64,000 nt of DNA from an uncultured virus (IMG/VR IMGVR_UViG_3300045004_000209). Its lineage: Duplodnaviria; Heunggongvirae; Uroviricota; Caudoviricetes. This document shows positions 22,301 to 31,600 of the stretch, in pieces. The first letter of the stretch is position 1; each line of letters starts with the position of its first letter. The position numbers were made by a program, and so were the translations under genes. Below the pieces are notes generated by a model, which saw nothing but the letters and a program-made list of their open reading frames with translations, did not search any database and was not told where the DNA came from. The DNA is taken from IMG/VR virus record IMGVR_UViG_3300045004_000209; one strand, written 5' to 3'.

Positions 22301-25300
22301 CCAGAAGACCAGCTGATGAGGGATCACATTCTTGCCAAACGTTCTTGGGCGAACTCTCTTGGTGCAAAACCAATGCTATTTGTACGAGAAGATTCATCAC
22401 CATCATCTCAATACAGGAACATAGACGACAACGGCATGCCGATCCCCTCAGGAATTATTAGATATGTGAATGATCTCAAGTCGAATATTGCCAGTGACAC
22501 TGCGATTGGTTTTGCGTCTGAAATAACACATGTCATCATAGACCTGAAGAGCATTTTCCGTTCTGACAATGTCGATTCTGATGTATTCAATCGCCATTCT
22601 AGGTGGGTTTCAAATCCGATTGACATGATTGATCCAAATGACACGCTCGGCAGCAGGGATCAAATATTGCGAGAGTTGGCGGCAATTAATGGCTTGCTGC
22701 TAGAGACCATTGCCAAACTCAAGACAATCCATCCATCTGTAAAATTTGGTATCTGTGGGCTTGGTAATTTTACAATAAATGGAAATGTCGGGGCTGCCTA
22801 TTTTGAGTCATCGAGGTTTGTCTCAGCAGAAACCAATGTCGATATAAGGCAGAGTTCATCTTGGGCAAGGCAGGGTGTTGCAACACGCATATCGGAAGCT
22901 TATGGGCCTCTTCTAGACGCGGTTGATTTCGTTGCTGTTGAATGCACGCCTGCATCCCCAACCATAATAAGCAGGCAACAAATTTCTACCAAGGTGGGTG
23001 TGGCAACAGACGCCATACTGCATCACTACAGCCAATCAAAGAAAACACCCAGGCCTATATATGTCACCAATATTGGCGTATTTATTTTTCCTACCATTCC
23101 TTCTTACGCGACGCACAACTGCAAGATGTCAAAATCTCAATTCAATTCATCTTGCATACAGCCGTTCATGAGGCACAAAATTGATGGATTCATATTTGAT
23201 GCCATAGAAAGAGATCTGAAGAGATCTGATTTCGCAGGTTGTCCACTTGTTGGTGGCGCCATTTTCTCAAAGACATGCTGGGAGCTTGGAACGGTGACGT
23301 GTTCATCGATTGCCAAGGCCGAATATGTAGCTTCTTACAACATTCAGTCGATGGTTTCAGAGCTTGCAAACAGGACTGCAGATCCAACTCGGATTGTGCG
23401 CCCAATCTGGGCTGGTACCTGGCGTGGCCCAGTGTCTGCAAGCTTGGATGCTGATGTAATAGATCAAACGTCTGCGGATTTGACAATGTACACATATGTC
23501 AAGCCTATTGTTCCCTTGTACGGACCCACTAGCACAAGTACCTTCACTGATGGTGGTCAGAGTGCCCCTGCAACATTCATAAATACAGATAGGTTCAACG
23601 CGGTTGTGTCGTTGCTCAAAAAACTTCCATCTGGCATGCGATCTCTTCGTATGCATTATTTCTATAAAGCTGGCGTCAACAAGAGAATGTTCTATGACAA
23701 CCTTGGTACTCCAGATCAATTTGTCATTTCTAGTGGAGTGAACGTTCCTTCCATATGGGCCTCCAACGGAGTCACTGCTGTAAAGAATGCCTGGACAACC
23801 ATCGTAGGAGCCCTGAAGAACCAAAGTGCTCCACTCGATCATTTGGTTTTTGATTACGAAATGAGGGGGATATTTACCAACTGGAGTCTTGATGCAGACA
23901 GGGTTAATTCATATGCCAATAGGCCAGAATTCTCCAAGTCTTGGTTTGGCGTTGCCTCTTGGAAATACTGGTTCACCGATGGCGGTCGTTTTGATTTTAA
24001 CGCTCAATTGGAACAATTGATAAGCAGTCTTTCTGGGCCACACCCCCAAAACACCCCTGCATATCACTATTGGAATCGCGGTGTATCTGCTATTGATGCA
24101 GCAAACCTCTACGAGGCATTTATGCCAATAGGCAAGGCTCAATATCCAGGTTTGAGCATGACAAACTACCATGCATATTCTATTGCCCCATGGGACCACT
24201 CCTATGACGCCAACGGGCATTATGACATGCAGCAGGGTCTTGCTGGCAATGCTTCTTCTCCCTATCTTTACGGTCAATGGTATTTTCCAAATACATACTC
24301 TGTGGCAACTGATGACCCCACAAGGCTAGTTCGCCTGGACCAGTCAAATGCCACCACGACTCCCTTTGGACGGACTCCTTGGAATTCTCTTTTGTTGGCT
24401 CTGCAGACCCTGCGTGCCATCAACAGAAGCTGTGGCGGTTCGCCGATCAGGCCATGGATAGCTCCAAGGTCGTGGGATGGCGACGATAGTGGAGAAGTTG
24501 GTTTTGTGAATTCTTCCATGTGGGACGAGTTGCTGCGTCATGCGTGCATAACTGGAATTGATCATATATATTCTTGGGAGCCAGATGAATTCCCTCAAAA
24601 TTCGAGGGCAGATACTTTTTCAAGAATAAATTCTATACTAATAGACATCAACGAGCGTCTTGGAGGCTTCTCGCCGTATGTTGCGGCTAATCAGCGCCTG
24701 TCTTTTAATTCGGATTTTATCGTAAGCGGCGCTCAAGCAGTTGCTGGACAAAACATTAGCAAATGGGTGTGGCGCGTTACTAGATCATCAGATAGTATAC
24801 AACTTTATGAAACAGGAGTTGGTTTAATAAATATGGACGCTGACGGAGGAGCTTGGTTTGTGACAGACACCTCTAGTCCTCCACTAATAACTACTGATTT
24901 TTCGTCTTCAAGTTCATCATCTAGTTCGTCATCTAGTAGTTATTTGTCCTCCTCTAGCAGTAGTTCTAGCAAGAGTTCTTCAAGTTCGTCTTCAAGCAGC
25001 AGTTCCTCAAGTTCATCTTCAAGCAGTAGTTCTTCATCTTTTAACAGCAATTCCTCATCTTCTAGCAGCAATTCGTCAAGTTCATCTTCGAGCAGCAGTT
25101 CTTCATCTTCAAGAAGCAGTTCCTCAAGTTCGTCTTCTAGCAGTTATGCTTATGAGACGCCATGCATACCTTCTAGTGTTACTCTTGATGTAGCAGCGAT
25201 TATTGTAGAGCTTGAAAATCTCAACGATGATACTTTTTTGAGCGTGACTTCAATATGCACCAATAATTCTTACACAAGAATATATCGCACTTCTAAAGTG

Positions 25301-25627
25301 ATTGATATGTTTAAAATACTCTCTGCGCCACTTGGATCGAGTCGGATAGATACTGACAATCCATATGTTTCTTTGGCAACCTATGATGGTCCATGCTCTG
25401 GTTTCTCTATAGTGAATTTCGAGTTCTCTCAATTGTCTGTATGTGAATTTCTTAGTGATATCCTAGACATTCCAGAAGACTGCTGTAGCCAATCTGGATC
25501 TTCGAGTTCTAGCTCAAGCTCAAATCCACCTATTAAAGGACTTTTGGAAATTGGCTTGCCAACAAGAATACCTAAATTGGTAATTTCGGTGTCTGAAATA
25601 CCAGACATAGACGATTTGTCTACTTAA
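13349..25627 (+). CDS. Giant (4092 aa) putative tail/appendage protein with RCC1 repeats and several glycoside-hydrolase-like TIM-barrel domains
   Basis: RCC1 blades include IAAGGSHFLALLDNGSVVAWGDN, ISAGRFHNLLLTDDGNIETWGGN and VAGGYHHAVALRRDGTVACWGEN (about 15690-17240). Barrel-like segments include GVRGMYWDS, LLETIAKLKTIHPSVKFGICG and LDHLVFDYE. A long Ser tract lies near the C-terminus. Confidence 0.75.
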   Translation: MKSDYDQFDLLNRLVQDGYVKIAKGSLGATSSSYAPVAYLEGFSSDPSKAQPLSGNLSSGVSPDAKTIGLYSSNTGVGLSVETGSAVIAGVFNAGAGVVLVDSDNFARVDFDFMARSVLGASCVLSQQTVTTFEEAKTAVLLIASGTTGCQTDALVMHDPNHFVKSDRGDLGQVLSVLFQVLSSDYGINPISAYEDLFSAASFDHETDFLRIFKTEGDWSTGATATSFSVGKPFLAVAHRLNLLDPLFAAAGCRLNCDFDPWPAVDFMSLDDFNGFNMWDTGWNQSETSSGGYLWLRGWPYQKPSGRSPISRRVRPFVVIDRWGSPHPTAPPNNDFDNLTLKYKRLKFSGESHIVEDVSEVFTCQKDAQIDSICVNASAGDYSFKVTDPAFAGDGNRPQNYAVNRWLINSHSSTPPASQLPWSATITHSVFYDAVRYAIDGGNMNDIIMPGLLCDRGYFGFDASNPQPKPIPSGQRGYYPVDIPFCHSWKGDYRSRVEPSDPHSWRYPVWFQPDLQEYTYTDFGGSSRTVRLPSLFHDNLIKFYCGTLDASGQPTASGGGFIQYMIRKLCWYAKQPPNVPNVNAIGQRLFANVDASSIGSDPYRLPFDLSRDGNLLDYIIYDFIVEFAGDKTGTLWDWIQVVRGYGLMDEWLIRQTTNPKWSNLSWNGFTGVISILEAGNGRYGSSLTGSRSISEGLRSLVETRWDGSVEHPMLSRLQLVVSILENEVFALITKAIEVTLKAEGCMRPESSLPYYGYQCVSRLDADTTFKVGQFPERYGENYTSISVGHSPIIFYTLKDGSLRWVTTQDNFAGYDLLPPSELASLKYRQIAVGYGVVVGLTTDGNVVAWGGPALEHCDVTASEAAEAFTEQLASLGRTVKKIAAGGSHFLALLDNGSVVAWGDNSSAQLSDPNTVWTKVGSIPRPTAGDATLITNHIPYIDFEYKQDASSYLGYFPCITDDQDSCVLDASGDPVLQGNSCQISPQNRKYRLFRFNSLGCPFRGGDLPNSNFDTPSTSYPAPSATSWAGIVNWETDTGAPNDYQFARSTVASGVNVSLDGSWLSSAENISTGNSQGYTNSSGSLIPNSIFGTSGQSYIDISAGRFHNLLLTDDGNIETWGGNFFYAVTGSGLQTNEYVRMGSGRPNATAEASTSKWIENGREYPYPNAPPGDNTAPTVKTLKTTANSVSAISCGYYNNYAIRPDGSIFAWDRNEWGESLPNGGIPSGPFKQVAGGYHHAVALRRDGTVACWGENNDGECVVPVQFQNATTSDCVWVGAGQRFTVALKADGTLYAWGDLSKLVSSSTQGMRINLAERIYLPGTPLISANPGSDGTISNQLSWQGKYSLFECAGDIPTDVIYSGYSQYWLFTQFVDVSNMQSGLINTFYHGSSQYEVGTIDDQSSWPLVLMGGSGNYGGFLRLKTDGKLSSGTNSDDRSGPEETFNQTQLPGSRLTWVGNGARQNVPTANGFSSFTKALALVQSDNFISPPTPARSAMEPFADLKYGIYAIKQCAYSHPSQTCLAWVEWPGGFARPDVSPVGFIWNEADRQLPGESWPSRWHGGGVRSRELVHGWMWWEKMVHAMLVAQGHPLFTFWYGSAERIFTGKYAVVAEGIEDTVFNSTTVNAVLGDIERAVGSRRRWSIAFRHEYQFSFAETDSSDTPQSLVDGTIPPLTDAQMKPCITCVKVEETDDGSSPAYLLFRLSVPTPTEVPDISPNEQYPPNNRILNLKKFVVSVRSGSEEIARLRPNPKRPCGMWFSMPYEEGMTPPTFEMVEDTGVVSRRDGLTTYRLEGTKVAGYANASATTSGVKDTSWYRESRFSLHTQWSGLNCVLLYDQNVRNMKGAAISGSDCEVCLLSNCSAPNLSSASLSFYKRKHSTGSSTFESSSLPSCGAATAAKLAGARAAFSSAFNIDAQVRAAAQWNPDFAIVFLRSSDEPMWFPKPASTPSTDWDWSRDGATFNQWKLFANDGTVAGAVGMAMDPMAEYVAASIKYGIRLIAYFKMFSSIELDVQANNTNTSLTRFGITAPSGGWKISEVFHKATDIFGNLITASEHGNSGMTLLSIMSPSTRALMADWCKEVARQGLAKDVSNEPILGSDGYPLGVRGMYWDSMPIDPFRGDFSEDTVSWATYEGLFENFNQEFQIPKPDPSIFPFPLTYEKANNLGLVSLWTWLSNQNTTNITDLLSLDNPSVNWIESSQTNPVTFKSEVRRYLEWLRKKEKEFMNFIADTMKSYGHPDFAIIPAGIHSGHSYSIFANQHDSAYYSAGFKSELGVEQILDLRMPSNNTSPSTPPDMWLAQIADMLMSRSRDGKPSLMWQPLTLWSPSESDALRPPTDTEQSLVTCTSNLDSAYQAASGRFTFLGGKGIVRDHAIRGFLENKLLITWACGNIFDAMYFSGAGYSGENPDSLTGVENNDTSLPSDNASVYIRRLASMASSLKDGGLPKAKRSRVPWVAVVHSPEAAFGASIQGGVANAKWQQYYWPLMGAIHTCVDNGVPVSVVQDDSLDLYDELGIGVLVIPFARSAVPAATAKILNRFNGGVIWMQEEFLDSPDPGALVPPPLATLKNEFYDTSLMAGLSITKAKNSRNLLWNLIKIRGGEPPISATIGPSSGGEFPNPLAVPCHGFEVCVGDGSAQHMIITSATDLGWTDMTKHMNPIQYSTRKHLLENIPSGARSILSMCSSSAFIVADSFYKTTYTGSDQLIPLEHMPLLGKLNFYAGTPRTWGRYVRFNFKFSSTQLPVRARQFLLNKERGKFDPIDMVIEGGYSEMNDMIGVRTVEGVSITPCSYDLGSVIDVQLRDRVKDDDVTEFIVRAGQGSQFDPCPYPGLSCNSINMLRCLFDWLANAAEEDDKIIVRMYCDGSENDPDVSKIVLAKPIFEDLHASVVANPSAWQRVIDEPNSLTGFSSYCPLGFVVARDRVGNPSSPTDVTRIVTGIEFRGSYGSSTLAGMLPSLAGIVPYCSSESPLPPEVFCSDSEAVYTLTPEDQLMRDHILAKRSWANSLGAKPMLFVREDSSPSSQYRNIDDNGMPIPSGIIRYVNDLKSNIASDTAIGFASEITHVIIDLKSIFRSDNVDSDVFNRHSRWVSNPIDMIDPNDTLGSRDQILRELAAINGLLLETIAKLKTIHPSVKFGICGLGNFTINGNVGAAYFESSRFVSAETNVDIRQSSSWARQGVATRISEAYGPLLDAVDFVAVECTPASPTIISRQQISTKVGVATDAILHHYSQSKKTPRPIYVTNIGVFIFPTIPSYATHNCKMSKSQFNSSCIQPFMRHKIDGFIFDAIERDLKRSDFAGCPLVGGAIFSKTCWELGTVTCSSIAKAEYVASYNIQSMVSELANRTADPTRIVRPIWAGTWRGPVSASLDADVIDQTSADLTMYTYVKPIVPLYGPTSTSTFTDGGQSAPATFINTDRFNAVVSLLKKLPSGMRSLRMHYFYKAGVNKRMFYDNLGTPDQFVISSGVNVPSIWASNGVTAVKNAWTTIVGALKNQSAPLDHLVFDYEMRGIFTNWSLDADRVNSYANRPEFSKSWFGVASWKYWFTDGGRFDFNAQLEQLISSLSGPHPQNTPAYHYWNRGVSAIDAANLYEAFMPIGKAQYPGLSMTNYHAYSIAPWDHSYDANGHYDMQQGLAGNASSPYLYGQWYFPNTYSVATDDPTRLVRLDQSNATTTPFGRTPWNSLLLALQTLRAINRSCGGSPIRPWIAPRSWDGDDSGEVGFVNSSMWDELLRHACITGIDHIYSWEPDEFPQNSRADTFSRINSILIDINERLGGFSPYVAANQRLSFNSDFIVSGAQAVAGQNISKWVWRVTRSSDSIQLYETGVGLINMDADGGAWFVTDTSSPPLITTDFSSSSSSSSSSSSSYLSSSSSSSSKSSSSSSSSSSSSSSSSSSSSSSFNSNSSSSSSNSSSSSSSSSSSSSRSSSSSSSSSSYAYETPCIPSSVTLDVAAIIVELENLNDDTFLSVTSICTNNSYTRIYRTSKVIDMFKILSAPLGSSRIDTDNPYVSLATYDGPCSGFSIVNFEFSQLSVCEFLSDILDIPEDCCSQSGSSSSSSSSNPPIKGLLEIGLPTRIPKLVISVSEIPDIDDLST
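24902..25144 (+). repeat. 81-codon Ser-rich linker built from degenerate 27-nt units
   Basis: AGTTCTTCAAGTTCGTCTTCAAGCAGC (24974-25000), AGTTCCTCAAGTTCATCTTCAAGCAGT (25001-25027) and AGTTCCTCAAGTTCGTCTTCTAGCAGT (25118-25144). Confidence 0.9.
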
Positions 25628-25649
25628 AATAGCGATAAATCATTTGGCG

Positions 25650-25676
25650 AGGGTAGAGAATAATTTTGCAGAAATA
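25650..25676 (+). promoter_or_regulatory. Putative phage promoter, AGG-N15-GCAGAAATA
   Basis: Intergenic, 11 nt upstream of the 4147-aa gene. It shares TGGCG, GGTAG and ATTYTGCAGAAATA with the 3915-3948 site. Confidence 0.45.
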
Positions 25677-25687
25677 GAGGTTTAGAA

Positions 25688-28600
25688 ATGTCGTCGCAAG
25701 AATTTTCTAGAATTTCTCTTCATCTGCATGGCGTTGGTGGAGCCGGGCATGGCGCCCCCATACTTGTTTCTGGGAAGACATATATTGATGTAGGAAATGT
25801 TGTAGATTTTGAATTCGGGAACCATGCCTCTAGATTTAGATTTGACTATCCAGAGGCATATGGATCATGTGCTTTTGATATGTTTTTTGAAGATTTGGGT
25901 TTACCATCTGTTTGTAGATATAGAATAAAAGCTTCTGTATCGGTGCTTCACAATTTATTTTTACGTATATCACCATATGCCGTATTTACAAATATTAGGG
26001 TGGTTGTAAAATGTGGTCATTCGACATTCAGTAGTATCCAAATATCTCCTGAAGACATAATGGAAGCTCAGAATCCTGAATGGTTTTGGATAAGGCTTAA
26101 TTGGCTTCCTCCTGAGGCAGGCGAGCAAGATGTAGAGATGATGTTTTATGGTAGCGGCTATGTTGTAGATTGTTTTATCATTGCAGTAGAAAATCTTTTT
26201 TTGGAAGAGGAGAATCAGGCTGCAATAATATCTATACACACCGCTACTAGTGGGGGGAAATTCGCTATTATTGATGAAGTTGTTGTGTCTGACTTCAATA
26301 AAAACACTATTATAGATAGTTTTTCTTCAGCATACACCACTGTGCATATTAAAATTCTAGATGTCGCAGATGACAACACTGTTGTTGGCGAATATCCAAT
26401 AGTTGGAGTGGAGTCTGATGTCACCCCTTATGCCGAGGATGGATGGGTCAATTTTGGTTTACGATCACTCCCCGGGTTTGATGTACCTGCGATGCCAACT
26501 AAATTTGGCGTAGCCGTAATCCAAAGCCCTGCAAGTCCTTCTCGTTATTTTGTTTGGGATGAAGATGCCGTATCTGCATCTGATCAGGCAACCAAAACAC
26601 TGATTTATAGTACTAGTGGTAATTATGAAGTTCCTAACAGGATGGCTATTAGGGTGTACGCGGCATCACCGTCTTCTGATGTCTGTATACAGACAAGTCC
26701 TGCGATTCAAAAATCAATTACAATAACTGATTTTGATAATGCTTCTTTGAAACCTAAATTCACTAATACTGCATCTGTAGAAGGTGGCTTGGCTCTCAAT
26801 CTGCCAGAAAGGACGATAGTTTTTGTTGTTGATCAAAGCGGTTCTATGAGTTGGTCAGATAAAAGCAAGGCAAGATATGATGTTGCTTCAAACATATTAT
26901 CTGCAATAAATAATGCATATCCTGGTCGTCTCAATTCAGTGATATCCACCTTTCAAGGTGATACAATCAAAGTTGAGTGGTTCGCTGCTACTGAGGAGCA
27001 AATATCTACACCCTCAAACCCTCTTGTGGCAAAGGGTGGGGCGCTCAAGGACGAAGGAACTGATTTTTATGGAGTTCAAGTCGTCAGAAGATACGACCGT
27101 TATCCTGTATCTCCCACAGATGGAGACATAGTTGCAAATGGTTTGGTGGATATGCATGTCAATATATCTCCTAGTGGCGTGTCCAATGTGTACTACGGCA
27201 TTTATCCCTATGATTCTCGAGGTGTTTTCGGTGAAGCTAGCTATATTCGTGTGCCAATAGGCGGCCCAAGACCACCTGGAATCAAGAGTTTGATCGGTAA
27301 GGAGATGGTTGGAACTGGGGTCAAGAGATCGCAAGATGCAGCTCTGATACTGCACATGGACGAGGGCGGAGGAGAGAAATTATATGATTTTTCATATAAC
27401 AGCAATCATGCGTCTGTTTTTTATGGACCTGTGCCGCCTCTATGGGTGGGGGGCGATCAGTCTCCGCCCACGCCAACTGGTGAAGGCAAAGGTTTTGCTT
27501 TGCGTCTCAATGGTAGAGACCAATATATAAAGACGAACTCTGATGTAGGAAATATAGTTGGGGATCTTACTTTTGCCATATGGGTTTATGGAACATCTTC
27601 TTCAGGTAATAAATCGATAATATTTACTATTGTCAATGGAGACCCACTGATAATTTATTGGGATGGATCCCAAGTTCATAGTTATTGGTCTGGTAATTCT
27701 CTAAGCATGCCCATGAGCGCCGACAACTGGCACAGGGTTGCTTGGTCTTATTCAAAGGACTCTTCAGTAATCAGGTTGTATGTTGGTGCTGATTTTGCAG
27801 AAATATCCTGCAATACTGTCCAGTCTTTCTACATTGGTGGAGTATGTGTTGGTGCTGATCCCGATGGCAAATTTGCCCGATGGTTTGGCAGAGTTTCTGA
27901 GTTTTCCGTGCATGCATCTTTCTTGGAAGTTCAGGTTCAGTCCTCTTTGTCTTCTGGTGTTTTGCAAGATAACGGAGATAGAGCTGTCGTGCTCAGTTGG
28001 TTTGTTGGGCCTCATGCAGTTGGCGAAGGTGAAAATGTTCGCATAAAAATAAAGAGAACTAAAGAACTAGGGCATCTACGAGTTCTCAATCAAGACATAG
28101 CAGGAGCCTCTAACGTCGGATCTTATTTGGGCTCTGTTAATTCGAGACCACCAGGTTCAGGTAATCAGGATATTTCGCAAAGCGACTTGAGGGTTCGCAT
28201 GGCGTTAGGAGACGATGTTGGTCCATGCGATGTTGATCAGGGGGACACAGTTGTTGATGACTTTTTTGGCATCGGTGAGCACGAGTTCATGTTTAACGAT
28301 GACTTTGACAGCCCGTTAACACCTGGGGCACAAGGGCAGAGGGGAAGACTTATTTGGGGAGGCATGAGACACTTCTTCAGAATTTTTTCCTCTTCTAGTG
28401 ATGGCAGCAGTGATTTTTCTGCTCCCGAAGACAGTGGGCTTTTTCAATACACTCCACGCATGGTGCTAGAAAACGAGAGGCCATCAGTGTCATTGCCTCC
28501 AGTTTCTGTACTGTCGGCGAGGGCAAGCAGGAGCAAGGTTATACTTAACTGGATTCCTCCGATTTCTTCAGATGTTTCAAGCATAATTGTTTATTACCAA

Positions 28601-31600
28601 AAGAATGATTTTCCTATAGTTGAGCAAGATGGCGGACTTTCTTCTGGGTATTACCCAATTTTTGTTGGTGATCCTCAGGACAATTCATGCGTTCTACGTT
28701 CGGGTAGAATTTGCGTTGCTGATAGACCACTTGCTTCTATTAATGATTTTTTCGGTGAACTTTCACTTTTGGGAGAAGATTGTGCTCAAGATATAGAGCC
28801 AGGAAAAAAAGCATATTTCTCTGTGTACACTAGAGATAGATATGGCAATTTGAGCTCACCAGAGTCAATTGAGGTCATTATTCCACAATCTGAATCACCG
28901 ATAGGGGTGGGTCCAGAGGCTGTTTATGGTTTAAGATACGACCGAATCGATTCTAGAACTACCACTGTAAGATGGTTCAACCCTTTGCTTCCAAGACTCT
29001 TTTTTGATGTAAATGCATGGTTTGATGAGAGGGTGTATTTGTATTGCAGGGTTACTGATCAATACGGTAATGCACTGCCTGATCAGAACAACTTCACAAT
29101 CACGACCGAATTCGTATACTCTTCTTCCGATCAGGGATCAGTCACAATTCCTGGTTTTTGTTTCACAAATACAGATTTTACTTTTGACGCATTAACTAGA
29201 AGTGCGTCTGTGCAACTTTTTAAATTTAGAGATACTGTACGATTTAACCAAGTCAGCTTGGCAAATGGTTGGACACGTTTTGACATCAGCCTTGCTCCTG
29301 CGTCTCCCGAGCGACTTGCATGTTTGGAAAGTATTTTCTTTTCAGCCAAGGTTGGTATCACAATTAGGCAAAATGCTGTTGGAGATTCTGTAAATATTTT
29401 AGGATCTGACTCAACGGCCACTTCTGATAGGTCGTTCGCATTCGTCACCCAGCCAATTAGGATAGCATTTCAAAACCCCATAGGTATAACTCTTACAGCC
29501 GGGGCTGGAGATTCTGTTTCTTACGAGTGTACAGGTCTAGCAAGATCTTCGCTTAATGGGCAGTCATTTTGTGGTTCCCCCGCGTCGACTGTAAATCCGA
29601 CAACGGTTGAGGTGGGTGCTTATGCAGGAAGAAAGTTGCCGCTCTCTTTTGCTGTATTTGCGCAATACCGCAAAAAGGGTCTTCCTGCCGGTTCTGTATG
29701 CACAATAAACAGTTTTGATGCCGACATGCCTAAGTATAGCAGTTCGGTAGGTGATGAAGGTGCTTTTACTGAAGTTTGCAGTAATATAAACAATCGTGAA
29801 TTTTTTGGTGTTGCTGAACAGGTTGATCTTCCAGGGCCTAGTTTGTGGCAGAGGGTTGAAGCTGCTACAAATATTATTGATACAGCCACTTATAAAGATT
29901 CTACCATACTGATACCTAGTTCTCCAGTCGCCTACTTCAGTTCTCCTACAGAAATTATTTATTATAGCACCACCTTGACTGGTGGTATGTCAGTAGCTGA
30001 CTTTTACATCCAAGTTCCTGATGTATCTTGTGCTGCAGAGGTGTGCGCGACAGTTTCAATCAATGGACTCAGAAGGACAGTTCACAAATATATAGTTGTT
30101 GCTCCCACCCTTCGTGTGGATTTTACTGCACGATCTCCAATTGCTAACGGTCTTGATATTGCTCAGCAGGTGGCTGAAATTTCCATAATAGACCCAGATA
30201 AATCTAATGCCACAACAGTTTTACGTAAGCCGAGTCCAGACGGCACTCCCGTCAGGTGGGAATTGATAGGCTTCAGAAACAGCAGAAACCGTCCATTCTA
30301 TTCAACATCACAATCAGATGACCCAAGATATGCCTTTGGAGTTTGGGATTTTACAGTTGGTGGCAAGTCAGATAGGGTGTACTTCGGCCCAGCTTCTGAT
30401 GTGGTAACCTCAATAGTGACCCGATCATCACCTGGAAGTAGTATAGGAGATAATGGGGACGTAAACTTTGGCGGTTCTCAGTCAGTCTACTACATAATTC
30501 CTGAGGAGTATGTGATAAGGGTTAGTGTTTCTCTCTCTGGCCAGTCGGCTTCCGTAAGCACCGTAGCTTGCTTGATTCCTTATCAAAATGAGGAGGTAGA
30601 AGACCCTATAGTAGAAAATTCTTTACAGACAGCAGCGATTTATGCTGACGGTCCGGTGCAATCTTTTGGATACAGAAATACACAAATTATATATAGCGAT
30701 GGAGAGCAGAGTGCTATATTCAGAACTGTAAGAGATGTAATGTCTTTAGATCAAATCGATCAAAACATCAATACTGATAATTTTAAGAGTTGTTACATAT
30801 CTGATGACGGCTCTTTATACGGGTCTTTGCCGAATGCCACTTATGTGCCGATGTCTGAAAATACAGTAATCGATGTCAAGATTCATCGGCCAGTGCGTTT
30901 CACTGAAGAGGGGTCGACATCTATACCCTATTGGAGTAGCCCTGTCAAAATAATAAAAGGCGGACTTGTATACACGAATGATTCCACTCTGCAACTTGAA
31001 CCGGGTAATCAAACCTATTTTAGAGTTTTAAGCAACGCATTTATACCTCTCAAGTGGAATAGGTTTGGCAAGCCAACAACTGCAAGAACAGGTAATGTGA
31101 CTTGCGAAACTTTTTCAGTTGCTGGCTGGTCTGATTTGCCATCATCAGATCCTGAAAACCCCAACAACTGGATTGATTATGATATTGCCGTATCTGTTGC
31201 GGCGAATCTTTTTGTCAACTCCTCTATCTATACCTCCACAGTTTATGGAGAGGGCAGAAAGGGCATGGGGGTGCCTGAAAAACTCATAAAATTTAGAGAG
31301 CCACTCAATGTCCACTTTGGATGGATAGAGAGGGATGGGCAAAGGTTGTTTACCAATGAAGTACTTGCTGATGGAGAAGCACATCACAATTTGGTATTTG
31401 TCGTTACATTCGCAAATAATCCTGTGCCAGCAGATGTAGATGTATATATCACATCTTGCGGAAGTGAATTGCCAGGAGTATCTGCACAAACACTCAAGAC
31501 TCAAGTTGTAAATGAAAGCGGATCTTGGTATGAGCCAAATGAAATAGGCGAGGTTCCTGCTCTATCTTCTGTTGTGAAAGTTGCCATTTTGCCAATATCT

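Noticed and set aside
25645..25670. Sigma54-like TGGC...TTGC
   Set aside because: The spacing is far longer than the required GG-N10-GC.
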